Shown: positions 38,809 to 53,600, numbered from the stretch's first letter. The stretch is 64,000 bases of DNA from Octopus vulgaris (GCA_951406725.2 OX597818.1:107694001-107758000); one strand, 5' to 3'. The notes: generated by a model not told the origin, from the sequence alone. Made by a program: numbers and translations.

Positions 38809-39844
38809 ATATGTGAAGTTTAAAAAACTTGATTCCATCAGCACAACATCACAAAAATCCAGTTAATGTTATTTGTTCAGCTGCAAATAACGCCAATGTT
38901 CTGTAGCTGGCCAGAATGGAATTGTCCATTTGGCAGCGGCGGGTGTGGGGGGGTCATTCAATTTAGTATAATATTTCTTACAAGAATCCAGACAATATTT
39001 ATTTAAAGATTATGGAATCAAGAAATTGATTTTCCAGGATCTGACTCATCCATTGATGGATGGTTAATCCTATTTCCTTATAAATGAGATTTAAGGGTAC
39101 TAACTCTTGTTACAGCATCCTTTATGGCTATTAGACTCACCACTGTGCAGAGTCTAAGAAACACCTCATCAGTTTCACAGCACAGTAAAAAGCTCACAAC
39201 AGTTAACTCTTGCAATCCATCATTGATTGAAGAGAACTAAACACAGTACAGAATGAATGTTAGTCTAAGCATGTAAGATATAGAGCTGTGCAGAGGAAGT
39301 GAATAGGGATGGGGTCTGCATGAAGAAAGATCATTTAGTAAAATTCACAAATTGAGTAAAGGCCTTCTTTGGACAGAAAAACTGTCAAACTGTCAGTGTT
39401 CATAACTCCAGACAGTATCATGAGCACTGACATGAGCATTGGCTATTACAAATGAGAACCAAGTGTTACTCGATACCCATTTTATTTAAATTTGTAAACT
39501 TTATTAAAAAAATTCTGTCTGTTGCCCAACAGCCAACTATTACTCTGTTTAATTCAATAAAGTTGTTATACAGCTAACATGGTGAAAAGACAATCATGGA
39601 ATTGTTTAATTAAATCAGACATTGTAAAGTTTTACTTTAGAAATATGAAATTAGCCAAGACAAGTAGAATCTATCGATGATGCTGTCATGAAGATTCGTT
39701 CATCCCAGGCTGAAACAGAGAAAGCGAGATTGTACTTCGTTTCAGCTTCTCAGTATTTAATTGTTTCTCAGAAAATGAAAGTAGAATTGAGGGGTGGAAG
39801 AGAGAGAGAAAGAGAAAGAAAGGAGTGACGGGAGATGAGGGTAG

Positions 39845-40286
39845 AGAAGAAGAAGAAGAAGAAGAAGAAGAAGAAGAAGAAGAAGAAGGAGAAGGAGAAG
39901 AAGAAGAAGAAGGAGAGAAGAAGAAGAAGAAGAAGAAGAAGAAGAAGAAGAAGAAGAAGAAGAAGAAGAAGAAGAAGAAGAAGAAGAAGAAGAAGAAGAA
40001 GAAGAAGAAGAAGAAGAAGAAGAAGAAGAAGAAGAAGAAGGAAGAAGAAGAAGAAGAAGAAGAGAAGAAGAAGGAAGAAGAAGAAGAAGAAGGAGAAGAA
40101 GGAAGAAGAAGAAGAAGAAGAAGAAGAAGAAGAAGAAGAAGAAGAAGAAGAAGAAGAAGAAGAAGAAGAAGAAGAAGAAGAAGAAGGAGAAGAAGAAGAA
40201 GAAGAAGAAGAAGAAGAAGAAGAAGAAGAAGAAGAAGAAGAAGAAGAAGAAGAAGAAGAAGAGAGGAGGAGGAGGAAGAGGAGGAG
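39845..40286. repeat. Long (GAA)n/(GGA)n polypurine tract
   Basis: About 440 bp of purines; seen directly. Confidence 0.98.
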
Positions 40287-40535
40287 ATGTAAGACAGGGT
40301 TAATGATCCTGAACATCTAGAAAGGAAAAGATAAAGTAACATGCAGGCAACGAAGCAGATCAGACAGGAAAGGAAGAGAGGAATGGAAAAGCGAAAGAAT
40401 CTAAGAATAATGTTGCAAGACAATGCCGAGGAGAAGGAAGAGGAGGAGGAGGAGGAGGAAGATTGCATTCAGCCTTTTCCTGACCATGAAAACCATGGCT
40501 CTGATGATCTTCGTTATCTTGAATATATGAACATG

Positions 40536-40566
<31 letters not shown>

Positions 40567-41214
40567 ACAACAACATCATTATCATCATTAACAGAATGTC
40601 TGATCATCTTATACTTTTATTTCCCCTCCTCCTCCACATCATCATTGTCATTGTTACTGAGATCATCGTTATAATCCTTATTATTGTTGCCATGGTTATT
40701 ACCAACATTCATAAGCACCATTTTTTTTTCTCTTCCCCATTAACATATCTGCAAAACCCCTGAAGAATGGGCTGCAGGAAGTAAGACTACGATTTCTTCA
40801 GAAGCCAAACAGATGATAATAGCAACAGAACTGCAGGCAGTGGGGTGGGAAGCAGCTGCCATTGTTGCTGGCTAACCCCAGATCAACTCAGATTGAGCAG
40901 TCAATGATCAAAGGTGTTACGGCCATGACTATCACACAGAGTTTTATCAAACACGCTAATGTATATGTGTGTGTGTGTGGCTGAGGTTGTTTCTCTTCGT
41001 TTTGTATTCATGAGAGAAAGTTATACAAACGAGCATCTCTGACACGCAAGGGGAAGCTCTCATTTCTAATCTTCTGTAAGAATATGACCAAACTTGGAAG
41101 CAGGTGAGAGTTGGTGACATGGAGGTCATCTGACCATAGGAAATCTGCCTCAACAGATTCCAGCTGACCCATGCAAGCATGAAAAAGTGGACATTAAAAG
41201 AATGATGATGAACA

Positions 41215-41617
41215 ATGCACAGGAGTGGCTGTGTGGTAAGTAGCTTGCTAACCAACCACATGGTTGCGGGTTCAGTCCCACTGCGTGGCATCTTGGGCAA
41301 GTGTCTTCTGCTATAGCCCTGGGCCCCAGGTGAGTGGATTTGGTAGACAGAAACTGAAAGAAGCCTGTCATATATATGTATATATATATATATGTGTGTG
41401 TGTGTGATTGTGTGTCTGTGTTTGTCCCCTAGCATTGCTTGACAACCGATGCTGGTGTGTTTACGTCCCCGTCACTTAGCAGTTCGGCAAAAGAGACCGA
41501 TAGAATAAGTACTGGGCTTACAAAGAATAAGTCCCGGGGTCGATTTGCTCGACTAAAGGCGGTGCTCCAGCATGTCCGCAGTCAAATGACTGAAACAAGT
41601 AAAAGAGTAAAAGAGTA
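41215..41617 (+). mobile_element. SINE family B, young full-length copy
   Basis: tRNA head, CORE-like CTTGGGCAAGTG, TA/TG tract and CR1-like tail GGCGGTGCTCCAGCATG..CAGTCAAATGACTGAAACAAGTAAAAGAG. Confidence 0.92.
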
Positions 41618-42118
41618 ATGGTATAGACAATCAACAGGTTCCAAGGTCGGATTCTATTTATACTTCGATAGCATAATTAGAAAGGAAAGCAAGCAGACAA
41701 GAATGCACACAGCAGCAGAAAGCCAAGAGTACTCAGGGATTTTGAAAATTTCTATGTCTGCCAATCTCATCTTTAACACCTTTCCATATCTGTCATACAT
41801 GCCTCTGTCCGCCTTTGTCACACCCGCCAACTAGCTGTAGCCATCCCTACATACCCCTCACTTCCATTTCTTTCACTGCACATCTCTTTCTCTCCCCTAC
41901 TCCTCAGTCTGCACATCTCCCTCCCTATTTTCTGATCTATCCACAGGCTTATTATACAACTGCTCTACCCCCTCCTCTACTGCTACTCACCACCTCCTCC
42001 TTCCCGAGCAACTCTTATTTCTAACACCCCCACCACCTTCCCCCGTACCCATCCTATGTAACTCCTTTACGGCAAGACACTGCCACTTTAGCACTCAATA
42101 CCTGGCACAAAACCACTT

Positions 42119-42494
42119 CCTTCTTCACCGCAACAGCACTCATTCAATGATTTTCATATTCTTTCCAGCATGAATGATGATGATGAATATCTAGGGTTCC
42201 ATTATCCAGAGTCTCCTTCCTTTGACTGAAGCAGTAGGGTGTAATCTAGGGGAGATCTGGTTACTAAAGTAGGTTAAGTGACTGCATAGGGGTCCTTTCC
42301 AGCCCTTCTTCACTGCAACAGCACTCATTCAATGATTTTCATATTCTTTCCAGCATGAATGATGATGATGAAAATCTAGGGTTCCATTATCCAGAGTCTC
42401 CTTCCTTTGACTGAGGCAGTAGGGTGTAATCTAGGGGAGATCTGGTTACTAAAGTAGGTCAAGTGACTGCATAGGGGTCATTTCCAGCCCTTCT
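42119..42494. repeat. 185-bp direct tandem duplication
   Basis: Units start at 42119 and 42304, with a third CCTTCT at 42489; only a few mismatches. Confidence 0.95.
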
Positions 42495-43139
42495 GTTGAG
42501 AGGGATCACTTCACTGGTTCATGTAGAGACTGTCACTTTTGTAGAGACACCTTCATTGATTCATTTACAGGCTTTCTCTCTCTCTCTCTCTCTCTCATTG
42601 GCTCTCAGAGATCATTGTGGTAACAGTGGTAGAGAGAGATAGAGCAATGGCACATCTCTGCCCTGATCCAATTAATCATGTCGTTAGGGAGGGAATGTTT
42701 GTCTAACAGAACTGATGGCGGGGAAGAAGACTTAGTCACTGAACTATGTACCTTTAATTGGTAATTAACTGAGTGGTAAACCAGAATGACAAGTGTGGGG
42801 AGGAGGAGGAAGAAAGAGACTGTGATAATTGAAGGGCCAGGAAGCTGGATAATGATGGTCGGGTGTTTAAATAGACTAAATATTTGTCAGCAGACAATTG
42901 AATTCAACCCTGTTCCAGACCAAACAACTTGCTTCCATGGCTCATAAATGTTGGTCGTGTCAACACGGGTCTTGCACGAGATAAACTTCCTACAGACTTC
43001 AATAAAAATCGGAAACATTAAAGTGAACCATAAAAGTAACACAATAATTATGATGGCTCGTCAACATTGCAAATAACAATAACCACTGTAATGATGTGAT
43101 TCAGTTGAAAAGCTACTGTGTTGGTACAATTAATGGAAG

Positions 43140-43466
43140 GAAGGTGCATGACCCGCTAGTTAGAGTAGCTGATTCACACTCATAAGATTGTGAGTTCAAT
43201 ATGTGTTGGGATGTTGTGTCCTTGAGCAAAACACTTTATTTCACCTGGCTCCAGTCCCCTCAGCTGGCAAAAATGAGTTGAACCTGTAATTCGAAAGGGA
43301 GCAGCTTCGTCCCATTCTGTGTCATGCTGCGAGTCTCCCTAAGAACTATGTTAAGGATACGCATGTCTGTGGAGCACTCAGTCACTTTCACATTGATTTC
43401 ACAATCAGGTTGTTCTGTTGTCCAGATTAAATGGAATCCTTGTCTCTGCAACCAATGAATTGCCAG
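43140..43466 (+). mobile_element. SINE family C
   Basis: GTGTCCTTGAGCAAAACACTTTATTTCAC..CTCAGCTGGCAAAAATGAGT. Confidence 0.85.
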
Positions 43467-43694
43467 TTTTAAGTTTGATAGAGGGACTACATGTTGGGAA
43501 GCGTTTTGTTGCATACCTTTGCACTTTGTGTTCAAATCCTGGCAAAGTCAACTTTGATTTTCATCTTCCTGGGGTCAGTTGTCATGTAATTGGGTCAATA
43601 TAATTAACAATAAATATTAGATCATGATGTTGTTGCATAATCCCAAGATAAAACAGATCCCACCTTAGGGCACCAAGAGGGCAAAGTCATTAAC

Positions 43695-44050
43695 AGACTG
43701 GACCAGAATCGTTAGCATGCTGGATGAAATGCTTGGCGGTATTTCACTTGTCAAATTCCACCAAGGTTGACTTTACCTTTCATCCTTTTGGGGTCAATAA
43801 ATTAAGTACCAATGAAATTCTGGGGTCGATGTAATTGACTAGTCCCCTACCCCAAAACTTTGGGCCTTTAGTAGAAAAGAAAAGCAAACATTTTGTCTGT
43901 CTTTACATTCTGAGTTCAAATTCTGCCGAGGTTGATTTTGCCTTTCATCTTTTCGGGGTCAATAAGTATCAGTCGAGCCCTATGGCTGGTGTAATCAACT
44001 TACTCCTAACTCTGAAATTGCTGGCTTTGTGCCGAAATTTGAAACCAGTA
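43695..44050 (+). mobile_element. SINE family A, two tandem units
   Basis: Two CCTTTCATC.TTT.GGGGTCAATAA..AAGTA cores. Confidence 0.8.
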
Positions 44051-45126
44051 TAAAGCAGACCTATTATGAAAGTCATTCCAAACATGATTACCCTGTCTGT
44101 TTTGTTATATTTTTTATTTGTACACCCATTGTGTATTATTGAATGTGTTGTGTTTTTTAAGATGGCAGTGTGCAATTCCAGAAGATTTGGCTGCTTTTTC
44201 TAGCATGATGGATGACCATATTCCTTTCCACTTATGATGATATCAGAAATGAGAATTATGATGCTGGAGATAATTTAGGTGATGAAGATGAGAGTGATGA
44301 TGATGATGACGATGGTGATGGTAGGGATGATAATGATGGTGATGATGGTGATGATGGTGATGATATGATAGTGACAATGAGGATGGCTATGATTCTAACG
44401 ATGGAATTATAAAAGCCATGGTTGAAGGCTATCACACTATTTGGCAGTTCATTAATTAATACATTACAGAATGATTAATACATTTAAAGACACAGCTGAT
44501 GGCTAGATCATTAACATCCCTTTGCTAATGAATTATTGTTAATGAATTTACAGTATTGTTTACAGAGCAATCCTCTAAAACTTTGTAATTTGTTACCATA
44601 TCTTCATCTCTCTCTCTCTCTCCCTCCTCTCGCCCCCTCTCTCTCCCTCCTCTCGCCCCCTCTTTCTCTTCCCCTCTCCCTCCCTCCTCTCTCTCTCTGC
44701 CTCTCGGTTTTCCTTCACTTAACATCGTTTTATCGTCTCTTTCTCAAAATTCTTCCATTTCTTTCTTTCTTTTGTTTCTGTACTCTCCCTCTTCTCCCCT
44801 TTCCCTCCTCCAACTTCACCTCACTATCATCCACCTTCACCACCACCACCACCTCTGCCATCACCACCACCTTCTCCACCACTGCCGTCACCACTACCAC
44901 CACTTCCTCCACACCCTTCACCACTGCTGCTGCCACTGCCACCGTCAATACCACCACCTCCACCATCACCACCACCACCACCACTTTCTCGTTAGAGTCA
45001 TTACAGATTGAGAATTAAATTTGTACAGGTGGATCTAGTGACAGTGCTTTGTTGAATTTTGTTGGGTTTTTTTTCCAATTCATGCGTTTGGCCTTGGAGT
45101 AAGTTGTTTGATTTAGGCAAGCAGAA

Positions 45127-45198
<72 letters not shown>

Positions 45199-45579
45199 GG
45201 AGCATGGTTTCAATTTCTATCTCCATCTATGGATTTCATTTGATGGACTTCGATTTTTAAAAAAAATTTCTCTTATTGTTTTGATTTTTGTTTAACATTT
45301 GTCATTGTAGAAAGTCGTTGACACCACAGTTATTGCACCTGAGCATAAGGAGGTGGAGGAGGGAGGAGGAGGAGGAGGAGGAGGAGGGAGGAGGACGAGG
45401 AGGGAGGAGGACGAGGAGGAGGAAGAGGATTGTGACAATGACGATGAGAAAGATGAGGCAGAAAAGGACGATGATGACCAATACAATGATAACTAATGAA
45501 TTTGAATTCGATGGGGGTGGTGATGGCAGGGGAGTAATTATGATACTAATTGTGATATTATTATGGTAATGGAGGATGC

Positions 45580-45770
45580 CACTGGTGATGGTGCCACCTA
45601 AAAAGAACCTGGTGCACTCTGTAAAGTGGTTGGCATGAGGAAGGGCATCCAGCCGTAGAAACCAGGCCAAACCAGACAATTGGAGCCTGGTGCAACTCTC
45701 TGGCTGATCAGTTCCAGTCAAACCATCAATCTGATGCTAGCATGGAAAACAGACAATAAAGATGATGATG
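45580..45770 (+). mobile_element. RTE 3' UTR fragment
   Basis: GGTTGGCATGAGGAAGGGCATCCAGCCGTAGAA..ATGCTAGCATGGAAAA. Confidence 0.75.
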
Positions 45771-45892
45771 GTGGTGGTGGTGCAGCTGGTTATTGTGGTT
45801 ATGATGGTGGTGGTGGTCGTGGTGGTCGTGATGAGGATAAGGAGGATGAGGAGGTTCCTAATCATAATAAAGTAAATTACAGTTTTTACCCC

Positions 45893-45926
<34 letters not shown>

Positions 45927-46459
45927 ATCTACAACTAAACATGTAACATGCCATTCTTTTTAAAAAGATGTGTATTGCGAAAATTTTGGCAACTATTTCT
46001 TGCAGATTATGTGACCACAGAGATGTCTCCTGGATAAGAATGTATTTATGAAAAAAGTTAAATAAAATGAGAAAAAATGAGAAAAAAAAAGCAGTTTCAA
46101 AAGTGTGCCACCCCAACACTCTAGCTTAGTGGTTCAGCAAAAGAGACTGATAGAATAGTTCCAGGCTTCAAAAAAATTAAGTGCTGGGTTTGATTCATTT
46201 GACTACAAATTATTCAAGGCTTTGCTCCAGCATGGCTACACTCTATTGGCTGAAACATGTAAAATATAAACGATTTATTTGCCAGAAATTTAATTATGGT
46301 TTTAATTAAGGATTGCTTATAAAATCATTCCAAGTTCCAGCTTTTTACTTGGAGTTTTGTTGATTGTGTATGTTTCTCTAAATTGGTGAAATAATCTTAT
46401 TTAATCTCGTCTCTTAATCTCACAAATCTTGCCTCTATTTTGCCAATATTTAATTTTTG

Positions 46460-46620
46460 TTTTTATGATGTTGGGTGGAGGAGAAACAGTTCTCCAGACT
46501 AGGAAGTCAAGTCTTATGTAGATAAACTTCTCTAGGCAGGAAATGAAATCAGCAAAACAGTAAATAGCTTTCGATATTATGGGGTTACCACAACATGGAC
46601 AGCAGTCACCATGTAGCATG
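46460..46620 (+). mobile_element. Possible pogo/Tigger transposase C-terminal relic
   Basis: VDKLL*AGNEISKTVNSFRYYGVT resembles W...AW.EIS...I..SF..CGIT; short match only. Confidence 0.25.
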
Positions 46621-47244
46621 GCTTTGTCTACACCAGTTTAATGGAGCGTGTGAGTTAATGTACTGCACATACATTGGATGACTATAAACAGATCGTTTGT
46701 GAAGCTTGTATTCAACAAGAACGTGCAGAATCATCTTTCTTAGACTATGAAAGACTATCATCATAACGTTCAACAAGTTATGAACCAGTTAACCAGCAGC
46801 CCAATATCCTATAGGCATGATCATCAGGTGAGATTCTCAGAATAAACTGCATGATGATAGACTTGTAGATAGTAACAGCTTCATAATGCTTCATCTTTGC
46901 TTTGATTTATTAAATTGTCTCACAATATTCTGTAATCCTTAACAGCAATTATTATAACTGTATGACCCATGTTATTGAAGTAAACTTAAGACACAGATGT
47001 AGACAGTCAAATGTTTGGGTGCAGTGAACAAAATCTTATACAACAGCCATGTAATTCAGTTATGATCTTCTGAAGCAGTCCACGGAGACAAAGTTATTCT
47101 ATGAAATATCTGGGAGCAATGAACAAATGTAAGGTATTAGACATTTACAATAATTAAACACAATGTAACGAGTAAGCATATTTCAATTTGTTAAAATTTC
47201 CTTTGCAGTGAGAAGAGGAAAACATAAGCTCAATATTTAAATTT

Positions 47245-47652
47245 TCATCATCATCATAATCATCATAATCATCATCATCATTTAATGTCCATTTTCCATG
47301 CTGGATAATATGACAGGAGCTGGCAAACCAAAGACCTACACTAGGCTCCCATCTATTTTGGCATGGCTTCTATGGCTGGTTGCCTTTCCTAAAGCCAACC
47401 ACTTTACAGAGTGCTTTACCGGGTGCTTTGTATGTGGTGTCTGCAAGCGTGCTTTTTATGTAGTGCCAGCACAAGTGCTTTTTCTATGTACCAGCTCCTT
47501 TTATACGAGGTGCCAGCATGGGTGCAGTTCATATGTGGCACCAGCATGGGTGCAGTTTATGTGTAACTATCACAGGTGTTTTTTGCATGGTATCAGCACA
47601 GGTGTTTTTATGTGGTGCCAGCATGGATGCTCTTCAAGTGACACCAGCACCC
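47245..47652 (-). mobile_element. RTE 3' UTR fragment with degenerate tandem repeats
   Basis: (ATC)n tail and repeated GTGCCAGCA/GGTGC..TTATG units. Confidence 0.7.
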
Positions 47653-48379
47653 ACAGGGTTTGGTTTTTTTCAAGGTCCTGTTTATTTTTCTAATCATACA
47701 TATGGATCATTTCACCCAGTGGATAGATGCATAATACTTAGAGATGGAATTTTTAGATATCACTGATTCTGGATTCTGTGTTTGCTTGTAACCCTGTGCA
47801 TTTGATTAAATTTAAAGCAACCAAATACCTAAAACTATCCATATTATGTCTGTGTGTTTGTTTTCCAATAAGCATTAAAATGGTTAAGCATGTTTTTAAA
47901 GACACTTCCATTTTATCAACAATTGGTAAAGGTCTTTATTATGTAGCTGGAAACTTTTACACAACAAACAACATTGCTTTAAATAACTGCATCAGGCTTG
48001 GGAGACATCGAACAAATACTATTAGAGGCAACACAGTCCAGTGTTTTAGAGTTTTCAGAAATATGAACCTAAATATTATATTTTTAAAGAGTTTGGCTTT
48101 ATTCTACCGAAAGATGTTTGCTTGCTTTCCCTCCAATTAACTACTCTGATTACAAAAATTGTTAATCGGTTTAGAATGAATGTTCTTCATTGAATTAGAA
48201 GAAAAATTATTTAGAAATGAATGATAGAAATATAAACTGTGAAATGATTGTCTTTCGAAGCACTATCTGGTTTGGACAGTGAAGTATGCAAGCAGATAAA
48301 CCTGCAGCAATGGATCTTAAAACACATTTTATGTAAATTATTGGAAAAGAAAATAATTACGTAAAAAATATTCTAAATC

Positions 48380-49440
48380 ATATTCTATGATGGAACCAAT
48401 AAAAAATTACTTGCACTAGCATCTTGAATTTTATGTTTGTAAGTACATCTTTTCAAGATTCAACTCCCAACCTGTGCAAACTATTTGAAAACCTTAAGGA
48501 ATTCAGAAACTTGTACCTCAACAAGTGTGTAGAGATTTCCAGCAAAGAAAGACCCAAAGCATTGGAATGAGCTTCAAATGTGTCTTTCGTTTGACAAAAG
48601 AATCATCTCTTTATCAAAAGCAACAATCCATTCTGAAATGGTGAAATGCCTCAAAGTTTTAAAGCATGAGATGAACGACTTGATGTAATGGGACAGAAAT
48701 TACTGGATCATCACGTTGAATTGGGAAGCCAAACAATGGAAATTTCTTTGGTATGATAGAATTGTTGCTAAGGTGGCTTCTTATTCTCCAAGAGCATGTA
48801 CTACAAGCAGAAAAATACTGGAAGAAGAGTGAAAACTTTCAAATTTACTTCAGATCACCTGAGAAAAAAAAAAAGTTTACCACAAAATGGTATTATCTTG
48901 GATGCACCATATTTTGCTGGAAAGAAAGTCTTCAAACTATTTTGCAAATATAGCAATACAACATGAGATTCCTCCCATGTTGTGCCAACAACATTTCTCT
49001 TGAGACACTTCAATTTAAAAAAGGTGTGCAGCAATATGCAAAGAAAAGATATAGCTCTGTCAATCCCAGAGCCTTACAAGAGAATGCCATTCCTCTCAGT
49101 ATTCCTGAAAGACACATGTATATAACAACAGAGCCAACATATTGGTAACGTATGATAAGAGTTCAAGGGAGAACCTCTGCCAACATTGCTGCCATAATCT
49201 CAGTTTGTATGGAATCGATGTGATTGAGTGCTTTCTGAAACTATGGCATGTTTTACAAGAGTTTAAATAATTTATAATTCCAGCAGATTACAACAAAAAT
49301 TTCTTTGCTCTCTACATTGAATATCAGAAACCAGATGAGTTGACAGATTCGAAACTATCCAACAGTTTAGTATCTCACTTTACTGCAACATCTTTTAGAA
49401 CTTAACTGAACTGCCAAGATAAGGGATGAGGTCAATCAGG
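48380..49440 (+). mobile_element. Decayed hAT transposase (Tip100/Zaphod, ZMYM1-like)
   Basis: GKPNNGNFFGMIELL..ILQEHV, T*DSSHVVPTTFLLRH, IPL..NRANI, CCHNLSL.G.D and SLH*ISETR* appear in the expected order. Confidence 0.8.
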
Positions 49441-49464
49441 TATCATTATCTTGCCTATAATCTT

Positions 49465-49504
<40 letters not shown>

Positions 49505-50364
49505 CTAAGCAGTGAATATATATTAATGCAAATTTGTTCCCAGTTCAAATGTGTTTGAGGCATATTCAGACCTGTAAGAAAGCCATTCTCTGTATTTTGT
49601 CTTGGAGAAAATTTCTTGCCGTAGACAGACAGGAGTAAATACACCAAGTCAGCTTGCAGCAGCCCCTAACCAGACTGTTACATGGATGCATTTTGGAGTG
49701 GTTATGTCCTCTTCAGCAGCAGAGACCAGAAAGCAGATGCTGTGAACTGACACAAGAGACAGGTCCCGCTTGTATATTTTAACTGCTAACAAGTTGGTAT
49801 TTAAAATGCTTTAATTTACATCTTAGGGACAGGGTTTGGTATAAAGTATCAATAGTAAAAGACGTGTGTTTTCTTACATCATACACCAAGATCCATATTT
49901 CATTCTAACCAATATTTTTATTTATAAAAGATAAACCTTCAGCTTTAAAATTTTATGCTCTACCATTATCTTTCTCAAAAAGACTAAGGAATGTAAGGTC
50001 AATTTCCACCTTAAATTCTCCATTTTCACTGGAGGACCAACTTCTCTGAAGTGAGGAGAGGGGAGACATTCTTGTTTCACTTTGCAAAACTTCTCCTGGA
50101 GAACCTGAGTCTACACACACATAAATGCATAATTTTATTAGAATTATTGTAGCAGTGTGAAACTAGAAATAAGAGAATTGTGGATATAAAGTAGACAGGA
50201 AAACTGAAAACTTGGCTAAATATAAATATAACATTAAAAAAATGGAAACTAGCTGGCGGCATGTTACTATCCAACTTATGCTAAAATGGTAAAAGAAAAA
50301 CACAATGAAATACATACACATATATGTATATATATATATATATATATATGCACATCCATATATA

Positions 50365-50425
<61 letters not shown>

Positions 50426-50763
50426 GTATATATGTATATGTCATACACACACATATATACATGCACATACATTAACATATAAATATAAATCTACAAATTT
50501 GATTACAGTGGTGGTGATCATGCTGATTGTGGTACTGCTAATGATGATGATGATGGACACAAATATTTTCTGTGGAGGGAGACAACGAAGTTTGTAGACA
50601 ATGACAATCTGAAAAAGTTGATTTGATTAATTAAACATTCCCCCATTTCTCATTTGATACGTCAAGATGTAAAAGTATTTTAGATGCATCTCTCGTTTTT
50701 CATCATACAAGCCAAAATTAGTTTTAAATAAGTAATAATAAAATTATATGTGTGTGTATGTAT

Positions 50764-50794
<31 letters not shown>

Positions 50795-51529
50795 GCATGT
50801 ATATACATATATATATAATATATACAAATATATATATACATATACATATATATATTTATATGTATATAAATATATATATATTTATATATATATATATACA
50901 CATATGTGTATGTGTGTGTCTATGTATGTATCTATGTATGGTATGTATGCATACACAAACATGCATACACATACATAATGCATATGTATTTATAAATATC
51001 ATATTATCTATGCATGTACATATGTGTGTGTGTGTGTATGTATGTATATAAAATATTTATAACATGAAATATATTTCGGAGTGCTAATGATAACATCTGC
51101 ACAGTAGGATGTAATATATAATAGATTTTCTTTTTAGAGTTGTTTCTTTTTGTTCTTCTTTCTTTTCCATTGTTTTCTCAGAAAGCTTCTGTTTATTTTA
51201 TCTATAAACGAGATATTTAAGTTTAACGAAAATATTGAAAGTTTATAACATTTTATGTATATCATTCTAAAGTAAATGGTTTAGGATTTTCAGCACTTTG
51301 GAACTTGGACAAGTGTTTGGATGGTATAGCTCTAAGAATTCAAGAGGAAATTTCAAAATGGTTCCTGGCAAATCTTGGATGAAACTGATGCAATTTGAAT
51401 ATTGGTAGATCAGTTTCATCCACTTGCTTTTGGAATGTGAAATTAGCTCATATTTTGAAGTCAGACATATTTCAATTAACTGAAATTTGATAAAGTATCC
51501 CAATAGATTATGGAGTTAATTACTTCAAC

Positions 51530-51770
51530 CTATGTGTGGCAAGCAATTTGCTTGGACCTGGGTTCAGTCCCACAGCATGGTACTTTTGGCCAGTGTCTTC
51601 TACCATAGCCCAGTATTGGTGTGTTTATGTCCCCATAATCTAAAAGAGACTGAAAGAATAAGTACCAGGCTTTTAAAAGTACTGGAGTCGATTCCTTCAA
51701 CTAAAAATTCTTTATAGTGGTGCCCCAACAGGGCCTGAGTCTAATGACTAAAACAAGTAAAAGAAAAAAA
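51530..51770 (+). mobile_element. SINE family B, internally deleted
   Basis: Head/core joined directly to the 3' half. Confidence 0.75.
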
Positions 51771-52559
51771 GAATCTACAAGAAACATACTGACACACATT
51801 CCACAAATGTTTTGCATACAGAGACACACCATGTGACATAAAATGCACGCACACACACAGACACACACACAGATAATCAGACACATTCATATATATGTGC
51901 TAGAATCTTAAAGGTTTTCCCCTTCCTCCCTGCCTCTGTTACTCACATGTCACTACAGACCATTTCTCTTCCCCCTGTCTCTTCTGGACTAGACGTTCAC
52001 TGGGTTGGATGTAATTTTTCTCACCTCCTGCCATTTTCCTTCTACTATTTTCTTCTAATTATTCTGTTTCCCTTCAAAATTTCTCTCAGACTTTATCCAT
52101 TACAATTCGTCTTGGCCTAACGACCCTTATTGTTTGTCTTTGTCGATTGTATACTCTGTACATCCACTCTGATGCTGCTTGTTCGTTTGAAGCTCTAACT
52201 CTCCATGAGTTTTATATTTTTAAAATTTCTGGATGCTGCTGTCTTTTGAAGTATTCCTATCTTATCGTTAAAAGCACGAAATAGGAGTAATAAACAGTCC
52301 AACAACCGATGAGGAGTTATCTTCGTTTCGTATTTTGTCCTGGACTTTTCTCTCGTGTATTTATGCATTTTTCACTCATTGTTGATGTCTTGTACTTATT
52401 GTGCATGTTTGTGGTACTTTGTCCTGTACACAATGTGTATTTTTCATTTTATTTATTTGTACATACATAGATATACACACAGGATAGTTGAACAATTACT
52501 TGGAGAGAGACCTGATAGTAGGCTACTGGTACAAAAAGCAGCTCACTTCCTACAGGGAA

Positions 52560-53600
52560 ATTCTTATGAATCTGTTTAAAAAAACAATGGATGCTGTGCT
52601 AGGTATACCAGCTTGGCTGACGGCTATATGAACCACTTTATTGCCAATAGCAAAGAGACTCATGTGGCCAAAACTACAGGCCCATAGCATGGCTAAATAT
52701 TATGGTATAAGCTGTACACAAGCTGTCTGGATATGTTTCTCCAAGATCACTGCCAAACAAATGGTGTGATAACCAAAGAAGCAGGAGGAAATAAAGAAGT
52801 CTCCTCAACAAAGATGTCCTTAAGGAAGCAAAGTAACATCACCATAATCTCCTAATGGTATGGCTAGATTACAAGAAGGCATTTGGCTCTCTGTCCCATT
52901 CATGGCTGACAGAATCACTTGATCTTGCCAAAGTGCCGGCTGCTATAGTGAATGCCATTGATAGACTGACTGCAACATGGTCCACACAGTTATCACTGAC
53001 AACAAAAGCAAAGCCTTTTGTTACAAACAGAATGAAGTTACCAACAGGCATATTCCAAGGGGGTAGTCTATCTGTAATGCTGTTTGTGCTGGCTGTGAAC
53101 TTCTTGCCAGCCTTGTTAACAAAATGCCAAGGCTAAATGCTGGGAGATGCAGAAAAGAATAAAAATTATTTCACTCACACATTTTTTGTTGATGACCTAA
53201 AGATATATGTTGGAAATATGATTGACACCAAGAGACAATTAGAACTGGTCACAACATCCTCATCAGATATAGGAATGGGGGTTGAGTCATGACAAATGCT
53301 CATATATGATAGTCAACTGAGGAGAGATTGTCGACCAGTAAGATAGCATGTACATCAATGGATTGATGTGAAAACTATTTACAGGGCTATCTACAAGAAG
53401 GACGGCCCTGATGTATACACCAAAGGCATGTTAGAACAAGGAATACCAATAAAAACATCAGTTTGGTGCAAAGATAGCAGAACTGATATTGTTCTGTGGG
53501 TTAAGGAACAAAAGCCATGCACTGTTGTAAAGATCAGCTGACCAGCAGATGGGACTGTACATTCAAATGTCCATGAAAAGAAGGATGTTTACAGTGAATT
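52560..53600 (+). mobile_element. R4/Dong-clade LINE fragment (RT and endonuclease, internally deleted)
   Basis: WLDYKKAFGSLSHSWL, GIFQGGSLSVMLF, HTFFVDDLKIY, SDIGM, then RTDIVLW.KEQKPCTVV..P.D...EKKDVYSEL. Confidence 0.88.

Noticed and set aside
47690-48300. Coding-like stretch, possible endogenous viral element
   Set aside because: No identifiable motif; needs tBLASTn.
51960-52460. Possible decayed PLE terminal repeat
   Set aside because: Too degenerate to show a ribozyme core or protein motif.
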